Assembly (NCBI GenBank): GCA_028023455.1
Contig: JAQFVV010000005.1
Coordinates: forward strand, 5,580,001 to 5,644,000
Length of the DNA stretch: 64,000 nucleotides
Reading direction: 5' to 3'
Source of the DNA: Epiperipatus broadwayi
Lineage: Eukaryota > Animalia > Onychophora
Made by a program: the position numbers and the translations under genes. Below are positions 1 to 13,450 of the stretch, in pieces. Positions within the stretch are counted from its first letter, which is position 1, and each line of letters starts with the position of its first letter. The notes beneath the pieces are model-generated. The model made no database searches. It had not been told where the DNA came from and worked only from the letters and a program-made list of their open reading frames with translations.

Positions 1-234
1 TAGACATAATTTTATGTATTAATATAAATAATACTTTTTGTACAGAGTGAAATATTTCATAATATTTACTAATTAAATTCTTAAAAGCATTTTACAATAC
101 ATTTGATTATTAAAAGAACTACATGAAATAATTGAAATAATTTAAATGTACTTTCATATGATTCAAACCACACTTAATTGAACATTAAATCTATATTATT
201 TATAAATCATGCACTTTTTATTTTCCATTTTCTA

Positions 235-1910
235 TTAAAATGGAATCTTGATATCACTATATTTTGTTCCAAACTCCTTCACATACATCACTTACAATAA
301 TTCATACTTTGTTGATAAGCTTTGATTGCAATAGAACATAGTATTTAGTGAACTGCAAGTGTACAATAGTTTCAATACACGTACATATATATTACAGAAA
401 CTTTTTTTATGTACAAAATGCATATATAAATTAAAATTATAATATAAACAAAATTAAAAATAATGAATTAAAGGGGGTACATTTACATAAATGTTTATTG
501 TATGTATGCTTACTCATTAACATTCTCAAAAATAAAAAAAATATGTTGAGGAGGAGGCCAACCTTTCCATATAATGAAAGGTATACTCTAGAGAGTGAAG
601 TGGTGATGGCTTCAGTTGAATGGAGGACCCTCAACATGATCATAATGCCAAAAATCTCATATTATCTTCCATTCGTTAAAATGTCTAAACAGTTTCAAAA
701 TAAAATTAACCGATTATGCACCAAACTTCTCTGGAGAGGAAGGACAGTTGCTATTAGCTTGCGAGGTATCCAACGACCACGCAGGTTCAATGGACTGTCA
801 TTCCACTCAATACAAGCAATCATTTTACAGAAAACCCACAACACTCTACATAATCTGATCCTCTCCTGCGGATACTCTAACATTATTAAAAAAGTTACAC
901 CGACAGATCGTCCTCCACCCTCTTCCAGTTCATGGATAGCATCCCTAATACAACAACTACAACTTTATAACCCGATATTATCCTTTAACCTTAACCAAAA
1001 AAATCACCTTATGGGAAGCATACAATATAATCAACTATAATCAACAACCCATTAAAACCAGCCTAAAAATAACCAACCAAAGACTCATTACACACTTCAA
1101 AAGATGGAGTCTGGAACCCAAATTCCTTGACTTCATCATTAAAATAAATCTTAATGCGCTACCCACGAATTGGTTTCTTTATCACCGAAGAGGTTTTACC
1201 AGCATTGACCCTATATGTGGTCTGTGTGCTCGTGAAGATGAAACCATAGACCATATTATACACCGGTGCCCAAGACTTAAAACTCTGAAAGATATAATTA
1301 TAATCAATTCCAACATAAGACCAGATATGATTTTCTCACTCGAAAATGCCATTCATAATGGTTTTTTTTTCAATAATAAGGCTTTCTACCTTTGTCCTTT
1401 ATTCCATATGGATAGTGAGATGCAAAAGTCTCATGGAAATACCCCCGCCACAAATCATACCATTGTTCTATCAAACGCTCAAAAAAATCAAGAAACGTGA
1501 CCAGCTCCTTGCCTCCAGTAAAGTCTTTGCTGACACCTGGTCTTTAATTGCTCTTTCCTTTTTCTGATTATCAATTCCCACCTACCCAGCATTATAGAAT
1601 AGTCATTTATAAAAGAAAATTTTCATGTTTATATTAAAAATGCTAATACCATTAAACAAGTTCTTAGAATCTCTTCACTATACCTAACCACATAAGAGTA
1701 TAACATTGTGCTCTCATAACCTAATCTAGCCAGATGACATATAGAACATTATATAATCATATTATTGTATAATTTATTCATTTATTTATCCTTTATTAGT
1801 ATGTAATCACTATTTATTGTTAATAAAATTTTTATTGAAATGAAAATATAAAAAAATATTGTATATTTATTTTTTTAAATAAAATGAATACTGAAAATCA
1901 GATTTTCTTT
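235..1910. repeat. Dispersed repeat 'family A' copy (about 235-540 and 1850-1910) interrupted by the L1-like insertion
   Basis: Collinear by eye with 26795-27160. Shared blocks include TTTGTTGATAAGCT, TGCAAGTGTA, TAAATTAAAATTATA, ACATTTACATA and CTCAAAAATAAAA before the insertion, and TTTTTTAAATAAAATGAATA after it. Confidence 0.65.
545..1856 (+). mobile_element. 5'-truncated L1/Tx1-clade non-LTR retrotransposon (3' part of ORF2 plus 3' UTR), frameshifted
   Basis: ORF 498-1040 gives IIMPKISYYLPFVKMSKQFQNKINRLCTKLLWRGR...NGLSF, an L1-type post-RT region. Frame +1 (about 940-1370) gives RWSLEPKFLDFIIKINLNALPT...CGLCAREDETIDHIIHRC, the L1 C-terminal CCHC zinc knuckle. After a frameshift in the T-run near 1362-1371 comes LYSIWIVRCK. 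AATAAA near 1822 is followed by an A-rich end. Confidence 0.85.
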
Positions 1911-4149
1911 CAATTGTAAATATTCTGGGTGCTTGGGGTTTTTTTTCTATAGAAATATAATAGCAGTCTTAATATCAAGGATTACATCTCCTCTAGTTAT
2001 GTTGATGTTTTTAAATCTATATTAACAAATGTTCTAAAATTTAGTTTTAGTACTGTGCTTAGAAAACATTTTGTTACCTGCATATTCTAAATAAAATTCT
2101 AAAAGAATGATAAAATAAAACATTGAATATAAGCTGGAGAAACATTAAAAATAAACATAATCATGTGGCACTGAGATGGAAAAATTGCATATTGTAAAAT
2201 TTATTAAATTTACAAATTTTTTAATGTTTTGTGTAATCACATGCAGCACCCCAAGACGGAAAAGTAACTGCTATCATATTGTAAACTTATTAAATTTATG
2301 AAATTAAATGGGTTGTTTTTATATATGCTTACAATTATACTACCAAATTGTACTTAAATTATGAAGAAATATGGTTAAGTAAATTCCCATTTGAGAATGT
2401 TATATTTAGTGCCAAAAAAAAAATAAAAAAAAAAATTGCCACCATAGTGAAATTTATAAAACTTAAAGAAGTTCATGAATTTCAATGTTTTATTATTTAT
2501 TTGTTTACAGTTTTTTTTATTTTCTTTTTTTTTTTTTACGGATAAGTGTATAAATGAAGTCATCTCACTCATTGCAAATTATCCTTACATTCTTGGGATT
2601 AAAAACATATTCTTTCAAGATCCAAAAGCATGAATACTGTGGGATCCTTTTTGTCTTTAATATACAGATACATGTGATGTTTTATTCTTATATTTTTTGG
2701 ATTATGAAAGAAAATATGATCATGACTTTGACCCAAGATGTAAAAATTGTTTGAACTGAACAAAATGATAAAAAAAAAAAAAAGGAAAAATAAGAAGCAT
2801 GCAATACTAATAACATAGACATAGTAAAAAATGCAAAAGTGTTCAATTAAGTGAAAATTGAAACATGCATAAGTTAATTTAAATTATTTTCTGCAGTACA
2901 TTTAATGGTTTAAAGTACTGTTATTCTAATAATTGCTTTTTGAAAAAAGTATTCTATATTGAAAATGCATTTATGGATTTAAATATTAAACACTTTGAAA
3001 TTTTTGCTCTGCACAGTTAGTATTTATATTAATACACAACATCTTTACAATATAATTAACTTTATATTACATTCTAATCATAGATGCATGTTATAACTGC
3101 AAACAACTCCATTCACTAAGCATTTGGCCCAATGGATAGAATATATATATAAGTTTTTGGATTTATTTCGAATTAAGGAAAGAACTGTATGTGCCAATTG
3201 ATATAGAACTATTATTTTTAATAATGTTTGAATGTTACTTAATTCACAAGCTACTAAACATACAATTAAATAAATAAAGTTTACTCATATTTATAAATAA
3301 ACACATGGATGAATATCATCCTTAGTGAATTGTTAGCTTATTTATACATAAATTTATGCAACACGCACACAATTTATTCACAGACTGAATTAGACATGAG
3401 TGAATTATAAATCCGTTTCAGAAAACTAAAAAAAAAAAATGTATAAAATTTCTAACGTCTTGATAATTTCAAACTTTTTTTTATTTCATATGGAAAAACA
3501 CGGTTGCATACAATCATATCTATGAATATTATTTTACAAGCCTACACATTTTTTTTCTTCTGCCCTATTTGCTACCAAAAAAGGTGAATCAAAGTTCATA
3601 TTTAAAAAAATAAGAAAAAAGTCATTTAAAAACTAGCATCCATTATATGCAATATATATATAGCACATTAGATCTGACAAATATATATATACACTGTGTA
3701 TACGTTGTATACTGCAAACAATCATATATATATATATTACATGCTAGCGTATGCAAACTAATAAAAAAAATTTTTTTAAATCATCAAGAGATTCATTTAA
3801 TGGTTAAAGATTAGAAATGTTCAAAAATTCTTTGTAACCAAGAGTAGTGATGATTTGATAATGATTTTAAGAGTATAACAGATTTCTAAGAAACCAGAAA
3901 ATGATTTATTATATTAGACTTTTAACCTGAGGCTCAAGTGACTAAAATGAAGCACAAAATAACATTAAAAAAAACTCAATTCTTTGACACCATTTCTCTG
4001 AAGAAATGATGAATGATCATTAAAAAAAAAAAAAGTGATTCTAAGACGATAAAAAAGAATGTTTAAAAATTTATTTAAGAAGAAAAAAATCTGTACTTAT
4101 AATAATTTTCTTTCACATAGATAAAAAAATGAAATAACCTTTTTTAAAG

Positions 4150-4475
4150 CCACTACAAGGCAAAGATTTTTCCACCAATCTTTCATAGGGAAGCAATAAA
4201 GAAAAATGCAGCACTTATTAATTAGGCTTGCCATTCATCAAATGGCAAAGAGTTAAGTAATTTTCTACCCATAATTTATCTGTTAGCAATATTTTAACAA
4301 AATACCCATTTACCAATCAATATTAGATTAGTTGAGTTGGTTATGGCCTAATTATCTAAAAAAAAAAAAAAAATCTAAACCAATTTTTTTTTAAATTTCT
4401 AATTTATTCGGCTGGATTTGAATCAAGAATGTAAGCATAACAGGCAAACAGATAATAGAACCATAATGCCCTTCT
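4150..4475 (-). mobile_element. Decayed tRNA-derived SINE
   Basis: Homologous to 41250-41475 (AAAATA(C/T)CCATTTACCAA...GTT(T)ATG(G/A)CC(T/A)AA(T/C)TATCT plus A-run). Minus-strand head has a B-box-like GATTCAAATCC. Confidence 0.5.
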
Positions 4476-4620
4476 TTAAATCAACAATATTGGAAACATA
4501 ATTAGTCACTTAAATGTAAAAATGAGAACTTCTAACGTTTTCTAAAGAAATATTTATATTACTTCAAAAAATAAACAAAGATAAACCTAATATTATGGAG
4601 ATATATATAAAAATACATAA

Positions 4621-4748
4621 CCACTATTCAAAGAATAATGACTTTTTCATTTGGTTTGGTGAAGAGCCTCATGACATAGTAGTTCCACTATTCAAAGAAT
4701 AATGACTTTTTCATTTGGTTTGGTGAAGAGCCTCATGACATAGTAGTT
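4621..4748. repeat. Perfect 64-bp tandem duplication (2 copies)
   Basis: 4621-4684 is identical to 4685-4748 (CCACTATTCAAAG...ACATAGTAGTT). Confidence 0.95.
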
Positions 4749-4950
4749 CGTGCATTTACTAGTTGATCATAGTGTGAGATTCCAGACTCAGTAAAATTTG
4801 AATTTGTTTTATTAGATTATAAAGGTTAGCTATTTTTTCCAGATAGCTAGCTCATAATCATTCAAGTTTAGCATTCCATTTATTAATCTTATCTTATCAC
4901 CTGATTAGGTGACAAGTTTGATAATACATTTTCCTTCACCATTTCTCTAT
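4728..4950 (+). mobile_element. Decayed tRNA-derived SINE
   Basis: Head GAGCCTCATGACATAGTAGTT (A-box-like) followed about 25 nt later by GTGTGAGATTCCAGACTCAGT (B-box-like). Resembles the reverse complement of 41400-41475. Confidence 0.5.
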
Positions 4951-6117
4951 AGAAGGATTCAAATATAAAATAAGCAGATGTTTCTCTTTAACTCTTTCCT
5001 ATATATACTATAATATAAAACAATCTTAAATTGCCAAGTTTCTCTAAATTTCTTTTTAAAAAAAATATTACTCTCAAAATTAACTATTAGTTGTTGATTT
5101 TAGTGGAAGTTAATAGATTAACTACCTATTTCCCTTAAAATTATAATCTTGCATGAAAATTTCCCGTTTACCTGAATAAAATTTCCTAGTTCTAGATTTA
5201 AACTATATGGCACATTAAGATATTAGTCACTAAGGCCCTTCAATATATATACATACAGGTTCATCCAGATATCAAAATTTAGTCTCTTTAAGGCATAACA
5301 CGATTTATACATGAATTTACTGATAAGATTATATTAAAATCTGTAACGCACTGATTACACCATAATGTATTTTATGAATCAATTGCAATGTATTAATAAA
5401 ATCAAATTTCTTATGGCAAAAGTAAACTTTTTGAAATCCTTACTAGAATCTTTACTTTGAATAATAATAAAAAAGATCAATTATAGTATGTGAATTCTAG
5501 GATTTAAAAAATTTCATTCATATAAATTTTCTTACTTACTGGCTAAAAAACTACAGGTACAAAATATTATTCAAATCTCCAGACTGAAAAACTGAAGCCA
5601 ATCATTCATCGACTCTAATTGGGAAAAAATAGATAAAATTCAGTTTTATTGAAAAAACCACTTATCATCCTGTCATTTTAAATATAGAAATATACTCTTT
5701 CTTATCATATATGTGTTTTTGCTATCAAGTGTATGGTAATGTGTGGTTTATACATTGGCTAAATCTATTACTTGGAAGTATGAATCCAGTCAAAACTTAA
5801 GAATTTTTCTAATAGCTAATATTGTCAAGAAAGTTTAGAATGTTTTGCAAATAATCACACTATAGGCAATTTAGTCATGCATCCAAGTATAAATTGATAA
5901 ATGAGTGCTCATTATTTTAAATTAGAAAACAAACTAAAAAAAAAAAAAACTGTCAACATTCATATGAAGTCCTTAGTTGTCTAGCTTGTTGATGAATGTA
6001 TCATCTTTCATGACTGCTCTATTGAATGAATTACTTACGATTGTTTTATCTTAATGTTTTGATTTTTAGGATAAACTTTTTGTAATTGTTTTACCTAATT
6101 GTTTTGATATTTTAAAG

Positions 6118-6556
6118 TAGGGATGCCCAACCCGTAGTAGCTCGCGAGTCACATGTGGCTCGCGCAACTGTTTAATGTGGCTCGCATTGCACTCTTCAAG
6201 AAAAATTGATAAAATATTTTATGCTCCTTGACGCCACATGCACACACTAAAAAATAAACATTTTTACAATACAAACGATAACGATATGCAGTGTCAGGTT
6301 TTACATTAAATAAAATAATTAAAATATACTTTTCTTGTAATTGGAATTTATATGTATGTTACCAAATTTTTAATGAATAAATATAAATAAAATGTATTTA
6401 CATTTTTTTTCTTTTTAACATATTACAAACCAGTTTTTTTTAGTTTGTGAATTATGTTTATAAATGTAATATAAAAATGCAATATATAATTGTGGCTCCC
6501 CAAATTTTTTTAAATTCTCAACTAGCTCACATCAAGTTAAAGGTTAAGCATCCCAG
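6118..6556. mobile_element. hAT (Buster/Charlie group) MITE, 439 bp
   Basis: TIRs TAGGGATGCCCAACC and (rc) CTGGGATGCTTAACC. Perfect 8-bp TSD TTTTAAAG at 6110-6117 and 6557-6564. Subterminal (T/G)TGGCTC/TAGCTC repeats. Confidence 0.93.
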
Positions 6557-6909
6557 TTTTAAAGTATCCAGAGATAATTATGATCACTTATCTTTTTTTT
6601 TTATTCACTACTGTTGTTTATTTTCAAACTAATTAGTTTGTTTATTTAAAAAAAAAAGATTATTTACTATCACACTTTAGTACTATGCATTACTCAGTCT
6701 ACCAAACTTGGCAGCCTTTTTTTTTTTAATTTACACTTTTTTTTTTTTTCAATTTTATTATACTGAATATATATATGTTATTACAATCTTTTTAAACTTT
6801 TCTCGAAAAATGTAATTCAAAAAATAAATACATACAATATATATAATAAGAAAAGCTTGTTACATGTTGTATGTATTTATTTTTTAAAAATATGTTAGCT
6901 ATTAATTAA

Positions 6910-7392
6910 ACTGTCATATTTATTATTTACATTTTTTGTATTATTGTTCTTTAAAAAAAAAAAAAAATTTCTGCAAAAATTAATTATAATATTTACACTT
7001 TATTATTATTTTGTATTAAGTAAAATTATTAATATAAAAATGGAAAAAATAGCAGAAATGTTTCAAGAAGGGTGAGGATTATTCATATCAGTGCCTAAAT
7101 CCCCAATGGTCTCCAAAATTGGATATTCTTCTTTATATAGATATCTCCACATAATTTTGTTTTAAATAGGAATCCAAGTGTTGTCACATGTTTCCCTGGT
7201 GATTTTTGTCTCACCATTTAGCCATAATGCATATAAAAACATTTTGGATTTTTTGTTCTCATTTTTATATTAACAACTTTACTTAATACAAAAAATAATA
7301 ATAATAAATAAAGTGTAAATATTGTAATTAATTTTTGCAGAAATATTTTTTGTTTAAATAATTAAAAAAATGTAAATATTAAATATGACCAC
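6910..7392. mobile_element. Long-TIR (fold-back/MITE-like) element
   Basis: About 6914-7040 is an imperfect inverted repeat of about 7255-7388 (TTTCTGCAAAAATTAATTA(T/C)AATATTTACACTTTATT...TTTGTATTAAGTAAA). TTAA lies at equal distance outside both arms (6906-6909, 7393-7396). Confidence 0.75.
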
Positions 7393-7639
7393 TTAACAAA
7401 TAATATATATTAAGCCCCAGAAAGTACACAAGTACCCAAACTTCTAATTACAAATTGCTCATGTTCTGGATAACATATAACTAATAGTCTCATTATGCAG
7501 TAATTATCTGATAATACTCTGAGCTTATTTGGAAATTCTTCAGATACTTTAATAATTTTTGATTTCATTCAAACTTGAATCTCACATCTTGCTTGAGTTA
7601 TTAACTCATATTTCTATTTTTTTCATACTATTGGAAAAA

Positions 7640-7870
7640 TAACTATGAAATAATGCGTATAACCCCATAAAGATCTAAAATTCTCCAACTGATTACCATT
7701 TGCTTAAATTATGATGAAAAAAATTTAAAAAGCAAAATTCCAAAATAATGAGGCAACTAAAACAATACCAAGTTGAATACATGAATAGCTGAATTTCTTT
7801 TGTAAAGATGAAGTCAAAAATCTTCCAAAAAATTGGCACAAGTATATTATTTACTGGAAGCTATAGTAAA
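7640..7870 (+). pseudogene. mariner-type transposase C-terminal remnant
   Basis: SPTDYHL at 7682-7702 (cf. mariner YSPDLAPSDYHLF), then KFQNNEA at 7735, then FFCKDEVKNLPKNWHKYI at 7795-7848 (cf. FFxxGIxKLPxRWxKCI). Confidence 0.65.
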
Positions 7871-10800
7871 ATGGGTTATGTAAAAAAATTTCTATTTTGT
7901 TGCAAATTTTTTCCTTTGAACTTAATTTTCCTTGAGAATGTGTGCAGATGGTTTACCAGAAAATAAATTCAGAGAAAATTAAAGATCTATGGAAACAATG
8001 TAAAGTCTGGATAGTGTGGAAATGTTACCATATGTTTGATAAAAGATAAACAAATTATTTCTGACAAATATTAACTTTTTGAAAAATTATTTTATGGTTT
8101 AATGTTGATAATGATTACACAAACAAGCAATTGAAATATACATATACACATACTTTACTATCTTCATTCAGGTTGATATAAAACTGTTATCCATAATCAT
8201 CACTCATCTATCTGTTTTAACTATAACTATGGGATTTTAAATTTATAAAACATTTTATTCTTTAATTATACAACAATAATTTGATTCCAATCTTATTGCC
8301 TTTTTTGAATGTACTTATGAGTGAGCATGTAAAATGTGCAATAAGAAAATTGTAATGGGTTCATCTTAGCAGACTGAGAATCTTTAGTTGTGATCTTACA
8401 TGAAGCAGTACAATAATAATGAATCACTTTCAAAGAGAATTTTCAAGAGAACTTTTACTCAAAAAATGATTGTATGTCTTAGAAATGCTATTAGAGATAT
8501 TCCTCTCAATTGTGGAAAAATCTAAAAAAATTAGTCTAAAAATGTATGACCTTGCAAATCTATGCCTAATCCTATCTTTATTTTAGTGATAGAAATAATT
8601 GTACTAAGAATAATGGAAATATGACAAAATAGTAGTAATAATAATAAAAATGTCTCCCCCCCCCTTAAATATAGGTATAATGAATGCACAAAACTTTGCT
8701 TGAGTGGGTTTTTCCAGGACTTTAGATAGATAGACAATACTTATTACTAAGAAACTATCATGATTTAAATTGATATAGCTACTATATAAAACTTTAATCA
8801 AAAAAATAGGAAGCAACCTTTTTTTCTCCAAAGGCAGTACAAAGAATGAAAGGAAACTCCATAGCATTGAATTCATTATTACTCAAACTTGATATCCTTT
8901 ATTCTTAGAATTCTTAGATATATCATTAAAAATTAACTCGAATAATGATACCTATGCTCATTTTATCAATATGTATACTCTATTACTAGAAAATGCAGAA
9001 AAGTAAAGCTATTATTCTCCATTGAATATTATTATTACATCAAATAATAATAATAAATTTTTCTTGGAGAACTTTCTCACATGTTGGTAGGAACAATGGA
9101 TTATGGTACAAAGTTACTGAAAATAACAGACTTCATTCAATGAAGTCAAATAATCTTTTACTATTAAATTTTTCCCTAACATGTACAATAATTATCACAA
9201 ATTCCAAAATTCTCTTTGCTTAGACAGAAAAATTGCTGCAGAAAACTTTAGATAAATGTGCAGTCAAATTAATGGCACAGAAAATATTATATTATATTTA
9301 GGACTCAAAATATTTAAAAAAAAGCTATTGTCACATGTATACTTATAGTGCAGAGACAGTGGGGAAGAAAACTGATTATTAATAGTGGATTGATTAAAAG
9401 GAAATAATGAGTTCTCTGTTTGGCAGAATAAAACAATGTGGAACTTTATTAAACTTGTTAAAAATTAAAATATAGTTGATTAACACTGCAAATCACTTGA
9501 TAATCATGGAAAATTTATATGTTTTTTAACATGTTGAATGTAACATAATGATTTAGAAAATGATATCCAGTTAAGTCAGTAAATGGCTAGGTTTTATTTG
9601 AAAATGATCCTATATCGATTCTAATAGTTATTTAGATTTAGAGAGAGATAGTTTGATAAGTTTTAACAACTCTGTAATTTTAAAAACAAAAGCCGCAAGT
9701 CTGAGCGGGACCCTTAAAGAGTAATTTCAAAACTATTTTAACTTTTTAGTAATATAAAAAGCTCATAAAAATGTGTCAACTGTTTTAAATTAAAGATGCT
9801 TATATTGTTCAAATGTATCCTTAAAAAAAACTATAGTAATTACCATGGAATGCCATTATGATCACCACATTCAATGATTTTTATTACTTAACAGCTATGA
9901 GTGAATGGATTATCTGAAACTATATGTAGTAAAATTAAGAAGCATTAAAAGTTTAGTTCTATTGGCAGGCAATTGATTAATCCAAAAAGTTCAGTTAAGT
10001 TGTGCAGTTCCTACATAATAGTATAAAAGAAAATCTAAGACATTTAAAATAAAAACTTGTAATAACAGAATGTGTATTAACCATAACATTGTTTTTCATT
10101 TTTTGTGAAATTAGTATTTGGTATAGTTTAAGAGTTTCCATAAAGAAACATTAAAATGTGGTATAGGTTTGATAATACAAGGTCTAATTTGAAACAAAAA
10201 ATATAAGACCTTCACCTTCTTGAAATTCTACATTTTACAATGTTTTGAATATTGTGCCATTCTTGAAAATTCAGAAAATTAATCTATATATTGTTCTTAC
10301 TGTTTAGAACATAAAGTATAAAGTAATGTTTAAATAATTCAATTTCTTTATCAAGCAGTGATGATAATAAAAAAAATCTAGTTTGGATTATTATAAATTC
10401 GAAAAGATGGAAATAATTTGGGATTTTGAGATGCAATATATACTTTAATTTGCAACTGTTTCATTAATAAATTTAATGATAAAGTTATTTTATCAAGTAT
10501 AGAAATGATTATTCTGCCAAATGTTTTATAAAGAAGATAAAATAGAGAACCTAGGAACATTTTATTTAAAAATATTCTACAATATTCTGAAAAAATAGTA
10601 ATATTATTAGACAATTGATTTGTTTTTCAGCTATATGATTTGCAATTGAATCTACACCACAAGAAAACATTTTCACTGTAATGGGCATGTAAAATGAATT
10701 AAAAGTAGTGAACTTACTAAAAGAAAAAAATATATAAGCTTAAGCATGTTTTCATGATATAAATATGCCCTGCTAATATAAGCAGGGTATATTTAAAGAT

Positions 10801-12769
10801 TATCTCGTGACTATTAAGAGATATAAAACTAACTACTCTCTTTCGAAAGATATAGCTGAAAATTAAATACCATGGTGAAAATTATTGTTGGAAAGTTATT
10901 CAACATATTTAGAAATAAGTATTGCAGAAGTAAATATAAAGACATTATTACAAAGATATCAAGCAAACAAACTTAAAGAACCTGAAGAAATACATATCTA
11001 TATTTGTAGATTATAAGATCGTTTGTAGATTCATCACAAAGCTCTTTTTTAACAATGTTTTGGTTACTTTTTTTAAATTAGACTTATCCATAGTATGTGA
11101 GCTATCTGTTTTGTGAATTAACAATGTGTATGACTGTCTTCATCATGATGTTGTGCTTTAAGGAATTTGTAGGTTATCCCAATAAAATTATTTAATGTAA
11201 AATAGATTAAGTTTTAGACATTTGTATTTTTTTCTTGTTCACAATCACAGTTCCTTGCAATCCTGAGCTAGTTTTAAACATAACAGTATTTACAATATAT
11301 AGATGTGATATACATGTATGTGGACATCTAGTAAATTCTCTGTTGATGCAAAAATAGTAAATCACCTTTAAAGTCCACTTACTTTATAACTACTTGATAG
11401 CCTAGAACATTGATAATTAGCATTGTTAGATTGGTAGCAGCATTTTTGGTGAAGAATTATGATTGTTTTTACGATATACCTTAAGTTTTGCAGTGACTAG
11501 ATGGTAGTCTGTTTTATAAAATATCTATCGCTTTTAAATCCAGTCATAAAGGATGAATGTTGATTTGATTAATACTCATGATGCTATACTTTTTAATATA
11601 TATTGTTCATTATTTATTTCCAGTGCCGAATTTGATTCATGCTCATTGGCAATATTAAAAGAGGGTAATGATTTTTCAACACTCCTACTATAGCCAACTC
11701 CTGGATATCTGCCCTGTTATATACATATAAAAAGGTAAAACAATTGAAAAATCTTGAAATATATAATGGTAATTCTTTTGCTTTAAGATAGGTTGGATAA
11801 TTAAGAAATAGGATATTATGGCTAAAGAATCTTTGATATCAATTATTGCATGTCACCTCTTAACAATCTGTTCTATCATTTCAAATTTTGAGTTCTTTGA
11901 ATAATCAAAATGCAAAGATATGATGACAAATGACAAAATGATTTAGCAAAGACAAAAGTATTGGGAAAAAGGAAATAGACATTTATTGATAACATTAGAA
12001 AGAATTGTAATGAACATGTTTTTAGAGCTAGAGAAATAATAAAGGTAGTGAGAGGGATTTAAAAAAGAAAAATAAGTAAGAAAGATTTGAAAGGCAACAA
12101 AATATTTACGAAAGTTGTATAAAATAACCTGTGCTTATCAGATGATCAATGAAATGAATAAAAAATTATTCTGAAATTTAATTTTTAATACCTTTTAATT
12201 ATGCAATATTATTTTTGAAACATTCTAGTTAAGAATCTTGAATAAAGATGGCATCTATTATCCAAAGCTTAATATTATCTTAAACAAATTTTTCATTTTA
12301 TATACAGCCCATCTATTGTTAGGAATTTTTGATATAATGGTTAATATATTTATCTGCTAAGACCATGACTCAAATTTCAAATCAGAAATTTCTAAGGAAG
12401 TGTTCAAAATTGGCTGCTATAAAATATTTAGCTATTGTTCAGTGAGGGAAGGGGTAGAAGAAATTTCAAGTAATGAAGCATTCAGATGAGTGTAACATGC
12501 AGTCTATATATTTATATAGAACTGTAATAAAATACAATCTTCATCAATGAAATGTGATATTATATACTTATAAAAGCTAAGACCATGATTTAGCTTAATC
12601 TCTATTTTTGAAAATGGGATAATAAATTTTAACATATAATAGAAATAGTTATTTTCTTAAAAACTAATAATAAATGCTACTAAAGACTGTATTAAAATTA
12701 GTCCAGTTTCTTATTTATTTATTTTTTTGAGAGGAGATGGCTGGGAGAAAATTATAAAACACAAAAATT

Positions 12770-13450
12770 CAACATCACCAATAATTCACTCCCAAATTTA
12801 ATCCAGTTTTTCCAATCCATAATTTTTCTAATCAGTCTAGTAACTTCCTTATCTCATCCATCCATGTTACTTGTGGCTTCTTTCTAGATTTCTTACAATC
12901 TCTTGAGATCTAATTTAAGGTTTCAGTTGCCCATCTGTCAATTCTTCTAGGATCATATATTCCGTTTTCGATTCCTCCTTATTAATCCTAATATACTATG
13001 TGATCTGCAATCAGTGTAACGTTCTTATGTTAAATGTCAAATTCTCTTGTATAAGTAAGCACTGGTAAAACACATTTATTAAAGTCGTCCCTTTTCAAGC
13101 ATACAAAGATATTTCGTTATATTATTTCTACAAAAAATTACTCACCCAAGTTTTAATTCTACAAAATTAGAAGACTTGTATTAAAAAATATTTTTCTTCC
13201 TTTTTTTTTTTCAAAAAGAATTTTGGAAATTAAATAACAGATATTGGAAGTAGTTGAAACAATAATAAATAAATATTTTAAAAAAGCTAAGGTTTTTTTT
13301 TTTTAAAAAAAAAGAAAAAAGATTAGCATTAAAAGCTGACAAAGATATTTCATAAAGTATTTTTAATTGCATTAAGCAGCTGTTGTTACCCACCCATCTC
13401 TCCTTGCTATCATGACAAACATATAACAGATAAAGTTCAATATGCAAAAC
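12770..13450 (-). mobile_element. RTE-clade LINE 3' remnant / RTE-tailed non-autonomous element
   Basis: Minus-strand FNKCVLPVLTY (13051-13083) and DRWATETLN*ISRDCKKSRKKPQVTWMDEIRK. Collinear with 31470-32030. Confidence 0.7.

Noticed and set aside
4621-4748. CRISPR-like array (also 60277-60396 and 37951-38027)
   Set aside because: Only two copies, no series of unique spacers, no cas genes, and a eukaryotic context.
11494-11512. miR-279-family seed TGACTAGAT
   Set aside because: No complementary arm nearby, and the rest of the sequence does not match a known mature miRNA.
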